Positions 1 to 9,082 of a stretch of DNA of 64,000 nt are shown piece by piece. The notes below the pieces were generated by a model. It made no database searches. It was not told where the DNA came from and saw only the letters and a program-made list of their open reading frames with translations. The stretch comes from an uncultured Thermotogae bacterium (GTDB lineage Bacteria; Bipolaricaulota; Bipolaricaulia; UBA7950; UBA9294). The stretch is from positions 11,288 to 75,287 of the forward strand of contig CAZGXU010000001.1 in the NCBI GenBank assembly GCA_964530075.1, written 5' to 3'. Position numbers and translations under genes: made by a program. The stretch's first letter is position 1; each line of letters begins with the position of its first letter.

Positions 1-444
1 GCCGAGGCGTTCCGCTTCTTCGGGCATGCGATCGCGACGGCCCTTGTCGGAATCTGTCCGGCGATTGCGCCCGACGGGAGCGATCTCCTCATCGAGGAAG
101 CGAAAGCCGGCGGCGCGGCGCAGGCCCGCCGCGGAGACGCGCTCCTCTATCACACGACGCTGCTGGTCCGGCCGGCCGACGTCCCGATGGAGCGGTTTCT
201 CCTCGCGATGCGCCCCGACTATCGGCCGGGACGCGTCCCGTCCCGACCTCGGAGGACCGTCTCGCTGAGCGAGGCAATCGGTCGTGGGCTATCGATGGAA
301 CGGATCGCGGAGGTCCTCGAGGCGGCGACCTCCGAGGCGCTCGGCGAGCGTCTGATCGCGCGCCGTCTCGACGGCGACGAGGAGCGCCTCGCAGGTCGGC
401 TGGCGAAGAAGTACGGAGACCCCGAATGGAATCGATCTCTCTGA
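1..444 (+). CDS. lipoate--protein ligase / octanoyltransferase family protein (LplA/LipB catalytic-domain family); C-terminal fragment, 5' end lies outside the window
   Basis: Frame 1 is open from base 1. Its translation contains ...EEAKAGGAAQARRGDALLYHTTLLV..., which matches the conserved K-x-G-x-AQ-x-R-x-G-x-L-HHgTLL motif of the BPL/LPL catalytic domain. The listed 85-aa ORF at 187..444 is the tail of this frame. Confidence 0.5.
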   Translation, partial: AEAFRFFGHAIATALVGICPAIAPDGSDLLIEEAKAGGAAQARRGDALLYHTTLLVRPADVPMERFLLAMRPDYRPGRVPSRPRRTVSLSEAIGRGLSMERIAEVLEAATSEALGERLIARRLDGDEERLAGRLAKKYGDPEWNRSL

Positions 445-992
445 GCGACCGCGCGGTGATCGCGGCCCAGATCGGTCGGCGGCCTCGGGGGCTGATTGGG
501 ATTCCCGCCCGATGCTCCTACGGGTATCCGCAGGTCGTTCGAGTGTTCCCGATCGTCGATGGAAGGCCATTCCCGACGCTCTTCTGGCTGACGTGCCCGC
601 ATCTCGTCAAGGAGGTCGATCGCCTCGAGGCGGACGGCTGGATCGGTCGCCTGGAGCGGCGAATCGCCGAGGACGAACGGCTCGGAGCGGGGATCGAGCG
701 GGCGCACGAGCGATACGTCGAGGAGCGGTCCGCGGCGCTCCCGGACGAAGAGCGCCGCACGATCGAATCCCGCGGGCTCGCCTCCGGCCTCCTGGGAGGG
801 ATCGGCGGGATCGCCGATCGTCGCCGGCTGAAGTGCCTTCATCTGCACGTCGCGCACGCGTTGGCCGGCGAGAACCCGGTGGGCGGGATCGTCCTCAAGA
901 TGCTTCCGGATACCGAATGTCGGCCCGAACAAGTGATCTGCTCCGCCCTGGGATCGGGCGGAGCAGATCGAACGTGTCGGATCGACCGATGA
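426..992 (+). CDS. DUF501 domain-containing protein
   Basis: The 188-aa ORF contains the PFPTLFWLTCP motif characteristic of DUF501. It overlaps the upstream gene by 19 nt. Its composition is not the R/G/P-rich junk seen in off-frame ORFs. Confidence 0.6.
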   Translation: MESISLSDRAVIAAQIGRRPRGLIGIPARCSYGYPQVVRVFPIVDGRPFPTLFWLTCPHLVKEVDRLEADGWIGRLERRIAEDERLGAGIERAHERYVEERSAALPDEERRTIESRGLASGLLGGIGGIADRRRLKCLHLHVAHALAGENPVGGIVLKMLPDTECRPEQVICSALGSGGADRTCRIDR

Positions 993-1004
993 TCGGGCGA
1001 TCAG

Positions 1005-3362
1005 CTACGGATCGGCCTTCACGATCGGAGGCTGGTTGATGTTCTCCACGTGAACGAGGATCGAGTCGGTCGCGGAGAGCCCGCACGGATCCGTCACGGT
1101 CAGCGTGATCGTCACGTCGATTCCGTCGCAGGTTTCGATTGCCGGCGCGGTGTACAGCGTCGCCGTGGCGCCGACATTGGCGAACAACCCGGCGGTCGCG
1201 CTCCACGCGTAGGTCAGCACGTCCCCGTTCGGGTCGCTGACGCACGGCGAGAGGAGAACGCTGTCGCACTCGAGGATGCAGATGTCCGGTCCGAGGTCGA
1301 CCGTCGGGCCCGCGTTGACGTCCTCGACGTGGATCGTCACCGAATCGCTCGACGAGAGCCCACAAGGATCGGTGACCGTCAGCGTGACGACCAACGACTC
1401 GCCCCCGCATTGGTTCGTCATGGGGACGTTGAACCTCGGGCACGCCCCGTAGGGACTGTCGAGCGTCCCGCCCGTCGCGGTCCAGCAGTACTTGAGTCGG
1501 TCGCCCTCGCGGTCGGAGACGGCCGGTGTCAACTGGATGACCGTTCCCTCGTCGACGGCGAAGTCCGGACCGAGGTCGACCGTCGGGGCCGTGTTGACGT
1601 TCCGCACGTGGATGGGGACGGTGTCGCAGACCGTCGCTCCGCACGGATCGGTGACGATCAGGGTCGCGATGACGTCCACGCCGTTGCACGCGTCGATCAT
1701 CGGCGCGACGAAGACGCCCTGCAGGACGTACGGATCCTCGAACGAGCCGAGGCGACCACCGACGCTCCACTCGTACATCAAGCCCTCGCGGTCGGGGTCG
1801 GACGCGCTCGCTGCGAGAACGACCGACGTCCCTTCATCGATTGAGATCGGCGCTCCGGCGTCCGCGATCGGCGGGTGGTTCACGTTCAGGACGCGAACGA
1901 CGAACGAGTCGCTCGACGACGCGCCGCAGCTGTCGAACGCGGTCAACGTGACCTGGACGTCGAGGTTTTCGCACCCGCTGAGCATCGGCGCGGTGTAGAC
2001 CGGATGAAGCGAGGTCGCGTCATCGAAGCTCCCCGCGCTCGCCTGCCAGACCGAATCGACGGTGTTACAGTCCGCGTCGCTGACGACGCCGTGCAGCTGG
2101 ATCGACTCGCCCTCGTTCAGGGTCTTGGCGTCCGTCGGAACCGGGCAGGTCGGCTTGGGTGCCGACGGGGTGGGGCAGGCTGTCTTCGCGGGCGGACACG
2201 GCGGCTCGACCGGCCTCGGTGGGCACTCGACGATCGGCGGGCACGAGAACGTGCAGACCGGGCATCGATCGTACGACCCGGCCATGATCGTCCCCTCGAA
2301 GAGCGTGTCGACGCCGTCGGCGGAGTAGAGCACGTTGCATCCGCGTCCGCCGAGGAGCGTGTCGCAGCCCGATCCGCCGTCGAGCACGTCGTCCCCGAGC
2401 TCGCCCTCGAGCGAGTCGTTCCCGAGCCCCCCGCAGATGCGGTCGTCGCCCGAACCGCCGAACATCAGGTCGTCGCCGTCGCCGCCGTCGAGGAGGTCGT
2501 TCCCGTTGCCTCCCTCGAGGAGGTCATTCCCCGGACCCCCGCACAGAACGTCGTTCCCGTCGAGGCCGATGAGGAAGTCGTCTCCGCCGAGGCCGAGGAT
2601 CAGGTCACCCTCGGGGGTCCCGTAGATGACATCGTCCCCCTCGGTCCCGTAGATCACGTTCGTCACGCCGAGGCAGGCGAACTGGGACGGGATCATGTCG
2701 CTCGGCTTGACGGCGGGTGTCTCGATCGCCGCGTAGAGCGCCTCCAGAAGGTCGGCGGCCTCTTGGATGCTCCAGTAACTCCCGCCGGTCGCGCCCGCGA
2801 TGTCGCGAAGCGTTTCACTCGCCTGCGCCTCGACATCCAGACCGAGGACGTGGATCGTGATCGGCGGGTCGAGGGTGGCGATCATCGAGGCCACGATATC
2901 CTGAGCGCCGCCACAGTTTCCCTCCCCGTCGCTGAGCAGGACGATGACGCCCCCTTCGCCGGTCGCGGAGATGGCGTTCGCCGCCTCGGTCAGCGAGTCG
3001 GCCAGCGGGGTCTTCCCCTGTGGGGTGATCCGTCCGATCGCCGCAATCATCCGATTCCGGATGACATCGTCGAGCGGGGCGATGGGGAAGAGCATCTCGA
3101 TGTCCTGACAGCTCTCCACCTCGTTGTCCTTGCCGATTCGATGGCCGAAGACCATCAGCCCGACGTCCGCCCCCGCCAGCATTCCATCGACCAGCTCCGA
3201 CAGCGCGTCCCTGGCCGCGTCGATTCTCGTCTCGACGCCGAAGGTCTTGTTCATGCTGTTCGATGCGTCGAGGACGATCACGAGATTCTCCGGTATTGCG
3301 CTCACGGCGGCGGCGACGGAACAGATCAAGACCGCCGCGAGCAACAAGCTTCGGGTTCGCAT
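1005..3362 (-). CDS. secreted multidomain protein: signal peptide, von Willebrand factor A domain, RTX haemolysin-type Ca-binding nonapeptide repeats, Pro/Cys-rich linker, about 5 tandem PKD-like Ig-fold repeats
   Basis: Start at internal Met (MRTRSLLLAAVLICSVAAAVSA, signal peptide) with AAGGAGG RBS 7 nt upstream. The 27-nt upstream extension would cover that RBS. VWA MIDAS residues are present: DASNS, TPL, SDGEGN. RTX repeats read GDDVIYGTPEGDLILGLGGDDFLIGLDGNDVLCGGPGNDLLEGGNGNDLLDGGDGDD. The C-terminal repeats read ...YxWSAxxGxxxxxxxxxLYTAPxxxxCxGxDVxxTLTVTDPCGxSxxDSVxxHVENxNxPP five times. Confidence 0.8.
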   Translation of the reverse strand: MRTRSLLLAAVLICSVAAAVSAIPENLVIVLDASNSMNKTFGVETRIDAARDALSELVDGMLAGADVGLMVFGHRIGKDNEVESCQDIEMLFPIAPLDDVIRNRMIAAIGRITPQGKTPLADSLTEAANAISATGEGGVIVLLSDGEGNCGGAQDIVASMIATLDPPITIHVLGLDVEAQASETLRDIAGATGGSYWSIQEAADLLEALYAAIETPAVKPSDMIPSQFACLGVTNVIYGTEGDDVIYGTPEGDLILGLGGDDFLIGLDGNDVLCGGPGNDLLEGGNGNDLLDGGDGDDLMFGGSGDDRICGGLGNDSLEGELGDDVLDGGSGCDTLLGGRGCNVLYSADGVDTLFEGTIMAGSYDRCPVCTFSCPPIVECPPRPVEPPCPPAKTACPTPSAPKPTCPVPTDAKTLNEGESIQLHGVVSDADCNTVDSVWQASAGSFDDATSLHPVYTAPMLSGCENLDVQVTLTAFDSCGASSSDSFVVRVLNVNHPPIADAGAPISIDEGTSVVLAASASDPDREGLMYEWSVGGRLGSFEDPYVLQGVFVAPMIDACNGVDVIATLIVTDPCGATVCDTVPIHVRNVNTAPTVDLGPDFAVDEGTVIQLTPAVSDREGDRLKYCWTATGGTLDSPYGACPRFNVPMTNQCGGESLVVTLTVTDPCGLSSSDSVTIHVEDVNAGPTVDLGPDICILECDSVLLSPCVSDPNGDVLTYAWSATAGLFANVGATATLYTAPAIETCDGIDVTITLTVTDPCGLSATDSILVHVENINQPPIVKADP
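1008..2117 (-). repeat. about 5 tandem 90-aa PKD-like repeat units (intragenic tandem repeat)
   Basis: The motif TLTVTDPCGLSxxDS...V(E/R)NVN recurs five times at about 270-nt spacing in the translated protein. Confidence 0.6.
2354..2657 (-). repeat. in-frame RTX nonapeptide (GGxGxDxxx) repeat-coding tract inside the VWA/RTX gene
   Basis: Consecutive GxxGxD nonapeptides in the translated protein; the DNA is periodic and G/C-rich. Confidence 0.55.
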
Positions 3363-3455
3363 TCCGTACCTCCTTGTCGATCGATCCAACTTCCGGGGAG
3401 ATTCTAGCCGATCGGGTGGGTCGGAATCTGTGATCTGGATTACAGAATCGTGAGT

Positions 3456-3923
3456 TCAGTCGCTCGGGTCGGCGGCGAGTGCCCCGAGGAGTTCGCGCCG
3501 CCGACCAGTGGGGATCAATCCCTGCAGCGAGCCGCCTCGGACCTTCCCGCAACCGATCACGTCGCCCCGAAAGCAGAGCGCGACGTGGCCGTCGACCGGC
3601 GGCGACGGGATCCGTTGACCGAGAAGGACGCGCCGGAGACTGTCCGCGTCGAGGTCGACCCGCGAGGCGGTGATGCGGTCTCCGAGCGCGATCAGGAACG
3701 TGCTCGTCGGCTTGAGGCCGTCCTCCTGACGGCGGAGCGCGCGAAGGCCGGGCGGCCGCTCGGACTCGATCCCGGCGGGCGGGAGGGACCGGCAGGCCCA
3801 GATCTCCCTCCGGTGCTCGATGAACGTCAGGTCGGCGAGCGCCTCCCGGGGAACCCCGAACCGTTCCTCGAAGAGCCGGAGGGCCTCCTCTTTAAGGGCG
3901 CTCGAATCGGGCAACGAACCCAC
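3456..3923 (-). CDS. C-terminal (PUA-like) domain of the RsmF-family methyltransferase, in a different frame; either a frameshift or a split gene
   Basis: The 155-aa ORF follows directly and overlaps the methyltransferase ORF by 32 nt in another frame. It has a GTG start with the GGAG abutting the start codon, so it is not a convincing independent initiator. The two parts sum to 306 + 155 aa, about the size of RsmF (about 480 aa). Confidence 0.5.
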   Translation of the reverse strand: MGSLPDSSALKEEALRLFEERFGVPREALADLTFIEHRREIWACRSLPPAGIESERPPGLRALRRQEDGLKPTSTFLIALGDRITASRVDLDADSLRRVLLGQRIPSPPVDGHVALCFRGDVIGCGKVRGGSLQGLIPTGRRRELLGALAADPSD

Positions 3924-4812
3924 CTCCGCTGTCGATCTGATGAGGATAGACGCGCGCGCACCCGCGGACCCCGGGGGGATAGATCTCCCCCTCCCACGCC
4001 GTCAGGCCGGGGGCGGCTTCGAACGGCAAGGAGAGTGGCGAGGGGCGCGCGTCCCTCACGCCGAGGAGGTGCGCGACGACCGATTCGTTCTCCTCCGGCG
4101 CGAACGTGCACGTCGAGTAGACGAGGACGCCTCCAGGCCGGAGCAGGTCGTACGCGTGGACGATCAACCGCTTCTGCAGCCGGGCGAGGCGGGCGATCGT
4201 CCCCTTCGACGCCCCGGCGCGAAGGGACGGCTCCTTCCGGAGTGTCCCCTCGGCCGAGCAGGGCGCGTCGACGAGGACGCGATCGAAACGCGCGCGGAGC
4301 GGGAAGTCCTCCCCACGATAGGCGGTGATCGTCGCGTTGAGGACCCCGAGCCGGTTGACGTTGGCGAGAAGCGCCTGTCGGCGCCGTCCGCTCGGCTCAT
4401 TGGCGACGAGCGGGCCGACCCCCTCCATCCTCGCGGCGATCTGCGTCGACTTCCCGCCCGGAGCGGCGCAGAGATCGAGGACCGCGTCGCCCGGCCGCGG
4501 GTCGAGGGCGATCGCCGGAAGCACCTGTACGGCCTCCTGCACGTAGAGGAGGCCGAGCCAGTGCTCGATCGTGGCCCCCACCGAGCGATCGACCTCGAAC
4601 AGCGTCCTCTCCCACGGGAGATGCGAGGCAGAGATCCCCTGCCGCAGGAGCCGCTCACGCAGATCCTCTGGCGCAATCCGAAGGGTGTTCGTTCGGATGA
4701 TCGTCGGAAGGGGACGACGACACGTCTCGAAAAATCGGCCCCAATCCGGAATGACGGAGCGATAGCGGGGAAGGAAGTCGGCGCTCTCCGATCGGCCCCT
4801 ATCCGAGCGCAT
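3892..4812 (-). CDS. RsmB/RsmF (NOL1/NOP2/Sun) family RNA cytosine-C5 methyltransferase, catalytic portion
   Basis: Motif I VLDLCAAPGGKSTQIA, motif IV RVLVDAPCSAEGTLRK and motif VI LVYSTCTF are all present. The reading frame ends 32 nt inside the next ORF. Confidence 0.8.
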   Translation of the reverse strand: MRSDRGRSESADFLPRYRSVIPDWGRFFETCRRPLPTIIRTNTLRIAPEDLRERLLRQGISASHLPWERTLFEVDRSVGATIEHWLGLLYVQEAVQVLPAIALDPRPGDAVLDLCAAPGGKSTQIAARMEGVGPLVANEPSGRRRQALLANVNRLGVLNATITAYRGEDFPLRARFDRVLVDAPCSAEGTLRKEPSLRAGASKGTIARLARLQKRLIVHAYDLLRPGGVLVYSTCTFAPEENESVVAHLLGVRDARPSPLSLPFEAAPGLTAWEGEIYPPGVRGCARVYPHQIDSGGGFVARFERP

Positions 4813-5587
4813 GGAGGAACTCGGCGTGGATCCGGCCGTTCGACGCCACGATCCCGCGGCGCGGATCGCGGCAGGTCGCCCCCAGCAGATCGGTCAGCCG
4901 TCCGCCGGCTTCCTCGACGAGGAGCCCGCCGCCGGCGACGTCCCAGTCGTCGAGCGACAGGTACCAGACGGCGTCGAAGCGGCCGGCGGCCACGTAGGCG
5001 AGGTCGAGGGCGGCCGAGCCGAGCGTCCGCAGCGCGCCGGCCCGGGAGAGGAACGGTGCGAGCTGTTCGATCATCTCGGCTCTCCGTCGCGGATGGTGCG
5101 ACAGGCCGACGCCGAGCACGGCCCCGCCGAGCCCGTCCCGACCGCTCACGCGGATCGGCCGCCCATCGAGGCGGGCCCCCTCCCCGCGGACGGCGGTGAA
5201 CGTTTCGCGGCGGATCGGATCGTAAACGCAGCCGAGGACCACGTCGTTCCCGACCGCGAGGGCGACGGAGACGGCGAAATGGGGAATCCCGGCGAGGAAG
5301 TTGTTCGTGCCGTCGAGCGGATCGATGATCCAGCGGGATCCCGACGTGCCCTTCGACTCGGCCGACTCCTCCGAGAGGATCCCGTCGTTCGGGTGCTCGG
5401 CCGTCAGGATTCGGACGATCGCCTCCTCCGCGCGTCGATCGTAGGCCGTCACCGGATCGTTCGGATGCCCCTTCGCCCGGGCCCCCTTGTCGGAAGACGA
5501 GAAGCCATGGGCGAGGACTCCTCCCGCCGCGCTCGCCGCCTCGACGGCGCTTCGAAGCGAACGGTCGAGGTCCGAGCGCGTGATCAT
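4799..5587 (-). CDS. suhB: inositol monophosphatase family protein (SuhB-like)
   Basis: IMPase motifs are present: ...LSEESAE..., WIIDPLDGTNNF, and WDVAGGGLLVEEAGG. Length is 262 aa. Confidence 0.85.
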   Translation of the reverse strand: MITRSDLDRSLRSAVEAASAAGGVLAHGFSSSDKGARAKGHPNDPVTAYDRRAEEAIVRILTAEHPNDGILSEESAESKGTSGSRWIIDPLDGTNNFLAGIPHFAVSVALAVGNDVVLGCVYDPIRRETFTAVRGEGARLDGRPIRVSGRDGLGGAVLGVGLSHHPRRRAEMIEQLAPFLSRAGALRTLGSAALDLAYVAAGRFDAVWYLSLDDWDVAGGGLLVEEAGGRLTDLLGATCRDPRRGIVASNGRIHAEFLHALG

Positions 5588-5618
5588 CCGGCGAGACGGG
5601 CTTCGGGACGCATCCGGA

Positions 5619-6116
5619 TCACTCGTCGCGCTGCCAGTAGACCCTCACCAATTGGGCGTCGTCGGCGTGCTTGATCGTCAGCGCCCCCTTGCACGCGCTC
5701 TCGATCGCCTTTCCGATCCGGAGCGCGAGGTGGCTGTCCGTCGTCGCGAGCTCCGTCGTGCCGTCCTCTTCTTCGATCCACATGATCCGCTGAAGCGGAC
5801 GCTGGGAAGCGGCATTGGATGCCTGGTTCTTGGCGATGTTGAGAATCTCGTCGCGATGCCGATCGAGATACTCCCCGGACAGGAAGAGGAGGCCGGCGGG
5901 GAGACGGTCGATCTCCCGGCGGCAGGCCGGGCAATGGCTGCTGTGGGCCGATTCCATCTCCCCTTCCGGAGGGCCTCCGTTCTGCCACCGTCCGTTGCGG
6001 TACACGAGGTTGCACCGAGGACAGACGGTCGGTTCGGGGTATTTCCGGTCCTCGTGGTAGGGGTTCGCGCTTCTTCCTCCGATCCGTCCTCGCTTCTCGC
6101 CTTCTGACATTCCCAT
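5619..6116 (-). CDS. hypothetical protein with N-terminal C4 zinc-ribbon (CPRC...CPAC)
   Basis: 165-aa ORF with non-junk composition, lying between suhB and acpP. It has paired CxxC motifs. I do not recognise the family. Confidence 0.5.
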   Translation of the reverse strand: MGMSEGEKRGRIGGRSANPYHEDRKYPEPTVCPRCNLVYRNGRWQNGGPPEGEMESAHSSHCPACRREIDRLPAGLLFLSGEYLDRHRDEILNIAKNQASNAASQRPLQRIMWIEEEDGTTELATTDSHLALRIGKAIESACKGALTIKHADDAQLVRVYWQRDE

Positions 6117-6207
6117 CCCCCCGTTCCGTGATCGTCGCGCATGCTTCGTCTAACCAAAAGAGGGCAACGGACGTCGCGTTGCCCCGTGTTCGCCGGTCGT
6201 CGGTTCC

Positions 6208-6456
6208 TCAGGCTGCTTTGTCGGCCAAGAGTTTCTCAAGGTAGGCGACTGCCTCTCCGACGGTCGAAATCTGTTCGGCTTGCTCATCGGAGATCTCTAT
6301 GCCGAATTCATCCTCGAACTCCATGATCAGTTCGACCGTGTCGAGAGAGTCCGCGCCCAAGTCCTCCACGAACGAGGACTCGTCGGTGACCTCCTCCGGG
6401 TCCACCATCAGTTGGTCACAGATGATCGCCTTGATCTTGTCCGAGATGTCGCTCAT
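6208..6456 (-). CDS. acpP: acyl carrier protein
   Basis: The translation [23 protein letters not shown]...[29 protein letters not shown] carries the DSLD phosphopantetheine-attachment motif. GGAGG RBS precedes the second ATG. Confidence 0.9.
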   Translation of the reverse strand: MSDISDKIKAIICDQLMVDPEEVTDESSFVEDLGADSLDTVELIMEFEDEFGIEISDEQAEQISTVGEAVAYLEKLLADKAA

Positions 6457-6486
6457 GCTCGATGAACCTCCCTCGTCTTGCATTGT

Positions 6487-7218
6487 TCAGGGATGAATTC
6501 CCCCGTTCACACCGATTACTTGACCAGTTATATAGGAAGCCCGATCGGAAAGCAAGAAGCCGACGACCTCTGCGACTTCCGCCGGCGTGCCGGCCCGGCC
6601 GAGGGGCACGCGCTCGAGATAGGCGGCGCGGATCTCCTCCGGAAGGGCGGCGGTCATCCCGGTGTCGATGAATCCCGGAGCCACGACGTTCACGCGGATC
6701 CCGCGTCTTCCGACTTCCTTGGAGACGCTCCGGCAGAGGGCGATGATCCCGGCCTTGGAGGCCGCGTAGTTGGCCTGGCCGGCGTTGCCGGTCTGGCCGA
6801 CCAACGACGAGAGGGCGACGATCGCGCCGGCCCGGCGCTTCACCATGGGGCGGAGCACGGCGCGGATGCAATGGAACGTCCCGGTCAGGTTGACGTCGAG
6901 GACGCGAGCCCACTCCTCGGTGGACATCCGCAAGGCCAGCTGATCCGCGGTGATCCCGGCGTTGCAGACGAGGTGGTCGATCCGGCCGAGTTCCTCGACC
7001 GCGCTCTGGATCGTCTTCTGGACCTGGTCGGCGTCGGCGACGTCGGCGCGACGAAACCGGAACCCCTGAAGACCGTCCTCGAGCGAAGCGCCGAGCGTTT
7101 CGTCGCGGCCGATGCCGACGACCGTCGCCCCGTCGCGGCAGAGCCTCTCCGCGATGGCCCGCCCGATCCCGCGCGTCGCGCCGGTCACGACGCTCACGCG
7201 CCCGTCAAACTCGTTCAT
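6487..7218 (-). CDS. fabG: 3-oxoacyl-ACP reductase
   Basis: SDR signatures: GxxxGIG near the N-terminus, NAG, and YxxxK (YAASKAG). It sits inside the fab operon. Confidence 0.9.
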   Translation of the reverse strand: MNEFDGRVSVVTGATRGIGRAIAERLCRDGATVVGIGRDETLGASLEDGLQGFRFRRADVADADQVQKTIQSAVEELGRIDHLVCNAGITADQLALRMSTEEWARVLDVNLTGTFHCIRAVLRPMVKRRAGAIVALSSLVGQTGNAGQANYAASKAGIIALCRSVSKEVGRRGIRVNVVAPGFIDTGMTAALPEEIRAAYLERVPLGRAGTPAEVAEVVGFLLSDRASYITGQVIGVNGGIHP

Positions 7219-8086
7219 CGGTCGCCTCCTCGTACGTCATAAAGCGAATTCCCGTCGCCATCCGGCTCCCCAACCGTGTGAGGACGTCCCCGGAACCGAC
7301 CTCGACGGCCGTCGCGATGCCGAGGTTCTCCAACCGACGGATCACGTCGAGCCAGCGGACGGGCGCCGTGATCTGCCGGCAGAGGATCTCGCGCAGCTGC
7401 TCGGGATCGCGCTCGACGGTCGCCGTGACACTGGAAACCACCGGGACGTCGGGCGCGGCGAACGCGAGTCGGCGGAGGAACGGCTCGAGCGCCCCCTGAG
7501 CCGGGGCCATCAGGGGAGAGTGAAACGGGCCCGAGACCTTCAGCGCGATGCTCCGGCCGCCGATCTCCTCCGCTCGGCGCGTCAGCTCCTCGACCGCCGC
7601 TCGTTCCCCGGAGACGACGATCTGCGTCGGGCCGTTGTGGTTGGCGACGCACACGCCAGGTCCGACCCCGTTGCACAACGCCTCGACCGCATCGACGTCA
7701 AGCTTGAGGATCGCCGCCATCGTCCCGCCGATCCCGCTCATCGCCCGCCCGCGCTCGATCACCGCCCCGAGTCCGTCGGACGCGTTCAACGCGCCGGCGC
7801 TGACGAGCGCGGAGTACTCGCCCAGGCTGTGGCCGGCGACGGCGTCGGGCGACCGGCCGGCCGCCCGGAGCGCCTCGTCGCGGGCGAGGCTGTCGATGAA
7901 CAGGGCCGGCTGGGCGTTCTCGGTGCGCGCGAGGAGGTCGGTCCTTCCCCCCTCGATCCACGTCCGAAGCGGGAGGCCGCGCTCCTCCGCAAGGGCGAAG
8001 AGCCGATCGATCCGCTCGGAGGCCGGGGGCAACGCCCCGGGGACTCGCCCCTGTCCGGGGAACAAGAAGGCGATCGGATCGCTCAT
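7205..8086 (-). CDS. fabD: malonyl-CoA:ACP transacylase
   Basis: FabD motifs FPGQG, GHSLGEYSAL and Q..VVSG. Confidence 0.9.
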   Translation of the reverse strand: MSDPIAFLFPGQGRVPGALPPASERIDRLFALAEERGLPLRTWIEGGRTDLLARTENAQPALFIDSLARDEALRAAGRSPDAVAGHSLGEYSALVSAGALNASDGLGAVIERGRAMSGIGGTMAAILKLDVDAVEALCNGVGPGVCVANHNGPTQIVVSGERAAVEELTRRAEEIGGRSIALKVSGPFHSPLMAPAQGALEPFLRRLAFAAPDVPVVSSVTATVERDPEQLREILCRQITAPVRWLDVIRRLENLGIATAVEVGSGDVLTRLGSRMATGIRFMTYEEATDERV

Positions 8087-8104
8087 TCCGGACCGTCCTT
8101 CGGT

Positions 8105-9082
8105 TCAGATCCGCACGACGGCCGCACCGTAGGTCACCCCCGCACCGAACGCGGTCATTACGACGACGTTTCCTCGCTGGATCCTACCGTCACGGAGCGC
8201 CTCGTCCAACGCGATCGGGATCGACGCCGCGGAGGTGTTGGCCACGCGGTCGAGATTGGTGATGACCCGCTCGGGCGGCACGTCCAATCGTCGGATCAGG
8301 GCGTCGATGATCCGGACATTCGCTTGGTGCGGGATGATCCAATCGACGTCGTCCAAGTCGAGGCCGGCGGCGCTCAAGGCGTCGAGCGTTGCCTTCTCCA
8401 TCATGGGGGCCGCATGGCGGAAGACGCCCGACCCCTCCATCTTGACGAAATGCTGTCGCTCTGCGAGCGTCTCCGCGCTTGCGGGGTACCGGGTTCCGCC
8501 CCCCGGCATGTGGAGGAGAAGGGACTTCTCGGCATCGCCGTAGAGAGCGGTGCCCAGAACCCCCTCGTTCTCTTCGCCCGGCTCGAGGACCGCCGCGCCG
8601 GCGCCGTCCCCGAACAACACGCACGTCTGTCGATCGGTCCAATCGGTGACGCGCGAGAGCGCCTCCGCGCCGATGAGCAGCACGCGCTGATAGAGGCCGG
8701 CGCGGACGAGTCCGTGGCCGACGGCGAGGCCGTAGACGAAGCCGGTGCAACCGGCCTTGATGTCGAAGAACGGCGCGTCGGCCAGCCCGATCCCTTCGGC
8801 GATGAACGGGGCGGAGCCGGGGCAGATCATGTCGGGGAAGTTGGTCGCGACCAGCAGAAGGTCGACGTCCTGGGGTCGGAGGCCGGCGTCCTCAAGCGCG
8901 CGGATCCCGGCTTCGACGCTCATGTCGGATGGGACGTCGTCGTCCGAGAGGACATACCGGGTTCGAATTCCCGTTCGCTGAACGATCCACTCGTCCGACG
9001 TATCGACGAGCCGCTCGAGGTCAGCGTTCGTCAGAGACTTCGCCGGAACGTGGCTCCCGGTTCCGACGATCCTAGTGCCCAT
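8105..9082 (-). CDS. fabH: 3-oxoacyl-ACP synthase III
   Basis: Motifs typical of KAS III: active-site Cys in DIKAGCTGFVYGL, plus the His/Asn region IPHQAN. Confidence 0.9.
   Translation of the reverse strand: MGTRIVGTGSHVPAKSLTNADLERLVDTSDEWIVQRTGIRTRYVLSDDDVPSDMSVEAGIRALEDAGLRPQDVDLLLVATNFPDMICPGSAPFIAEGIGLADAPFFDIKAGCTGFVYGLAVGHGLVRAGLYQRVLLIGAEALSRVTDWTDRQTCVLFGDGAGAAVLEPGEENEGVLGTALYGDAEKSLLLHMPGGGTRYPASAETLAERQHFVKMEGSGVFRHAAPMMEKATLDALSAAGLDLDDVDWIIPHQANVRIIDALIRRLDVPPERVITNLDRVANTSAASIPIALDEALRDGRIQRGNVVVMTAFGAGVTYGAAVVRI

Noticed and set aside
2354-2657. Short periodic direct repeats, considered as a possible CRISPR array
   Set aside because: The 27-nt periodicity is in-frame RTX nonapeptide coding inside a CDS. 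There are no unique spacers and no cas genes anywhere in the window.
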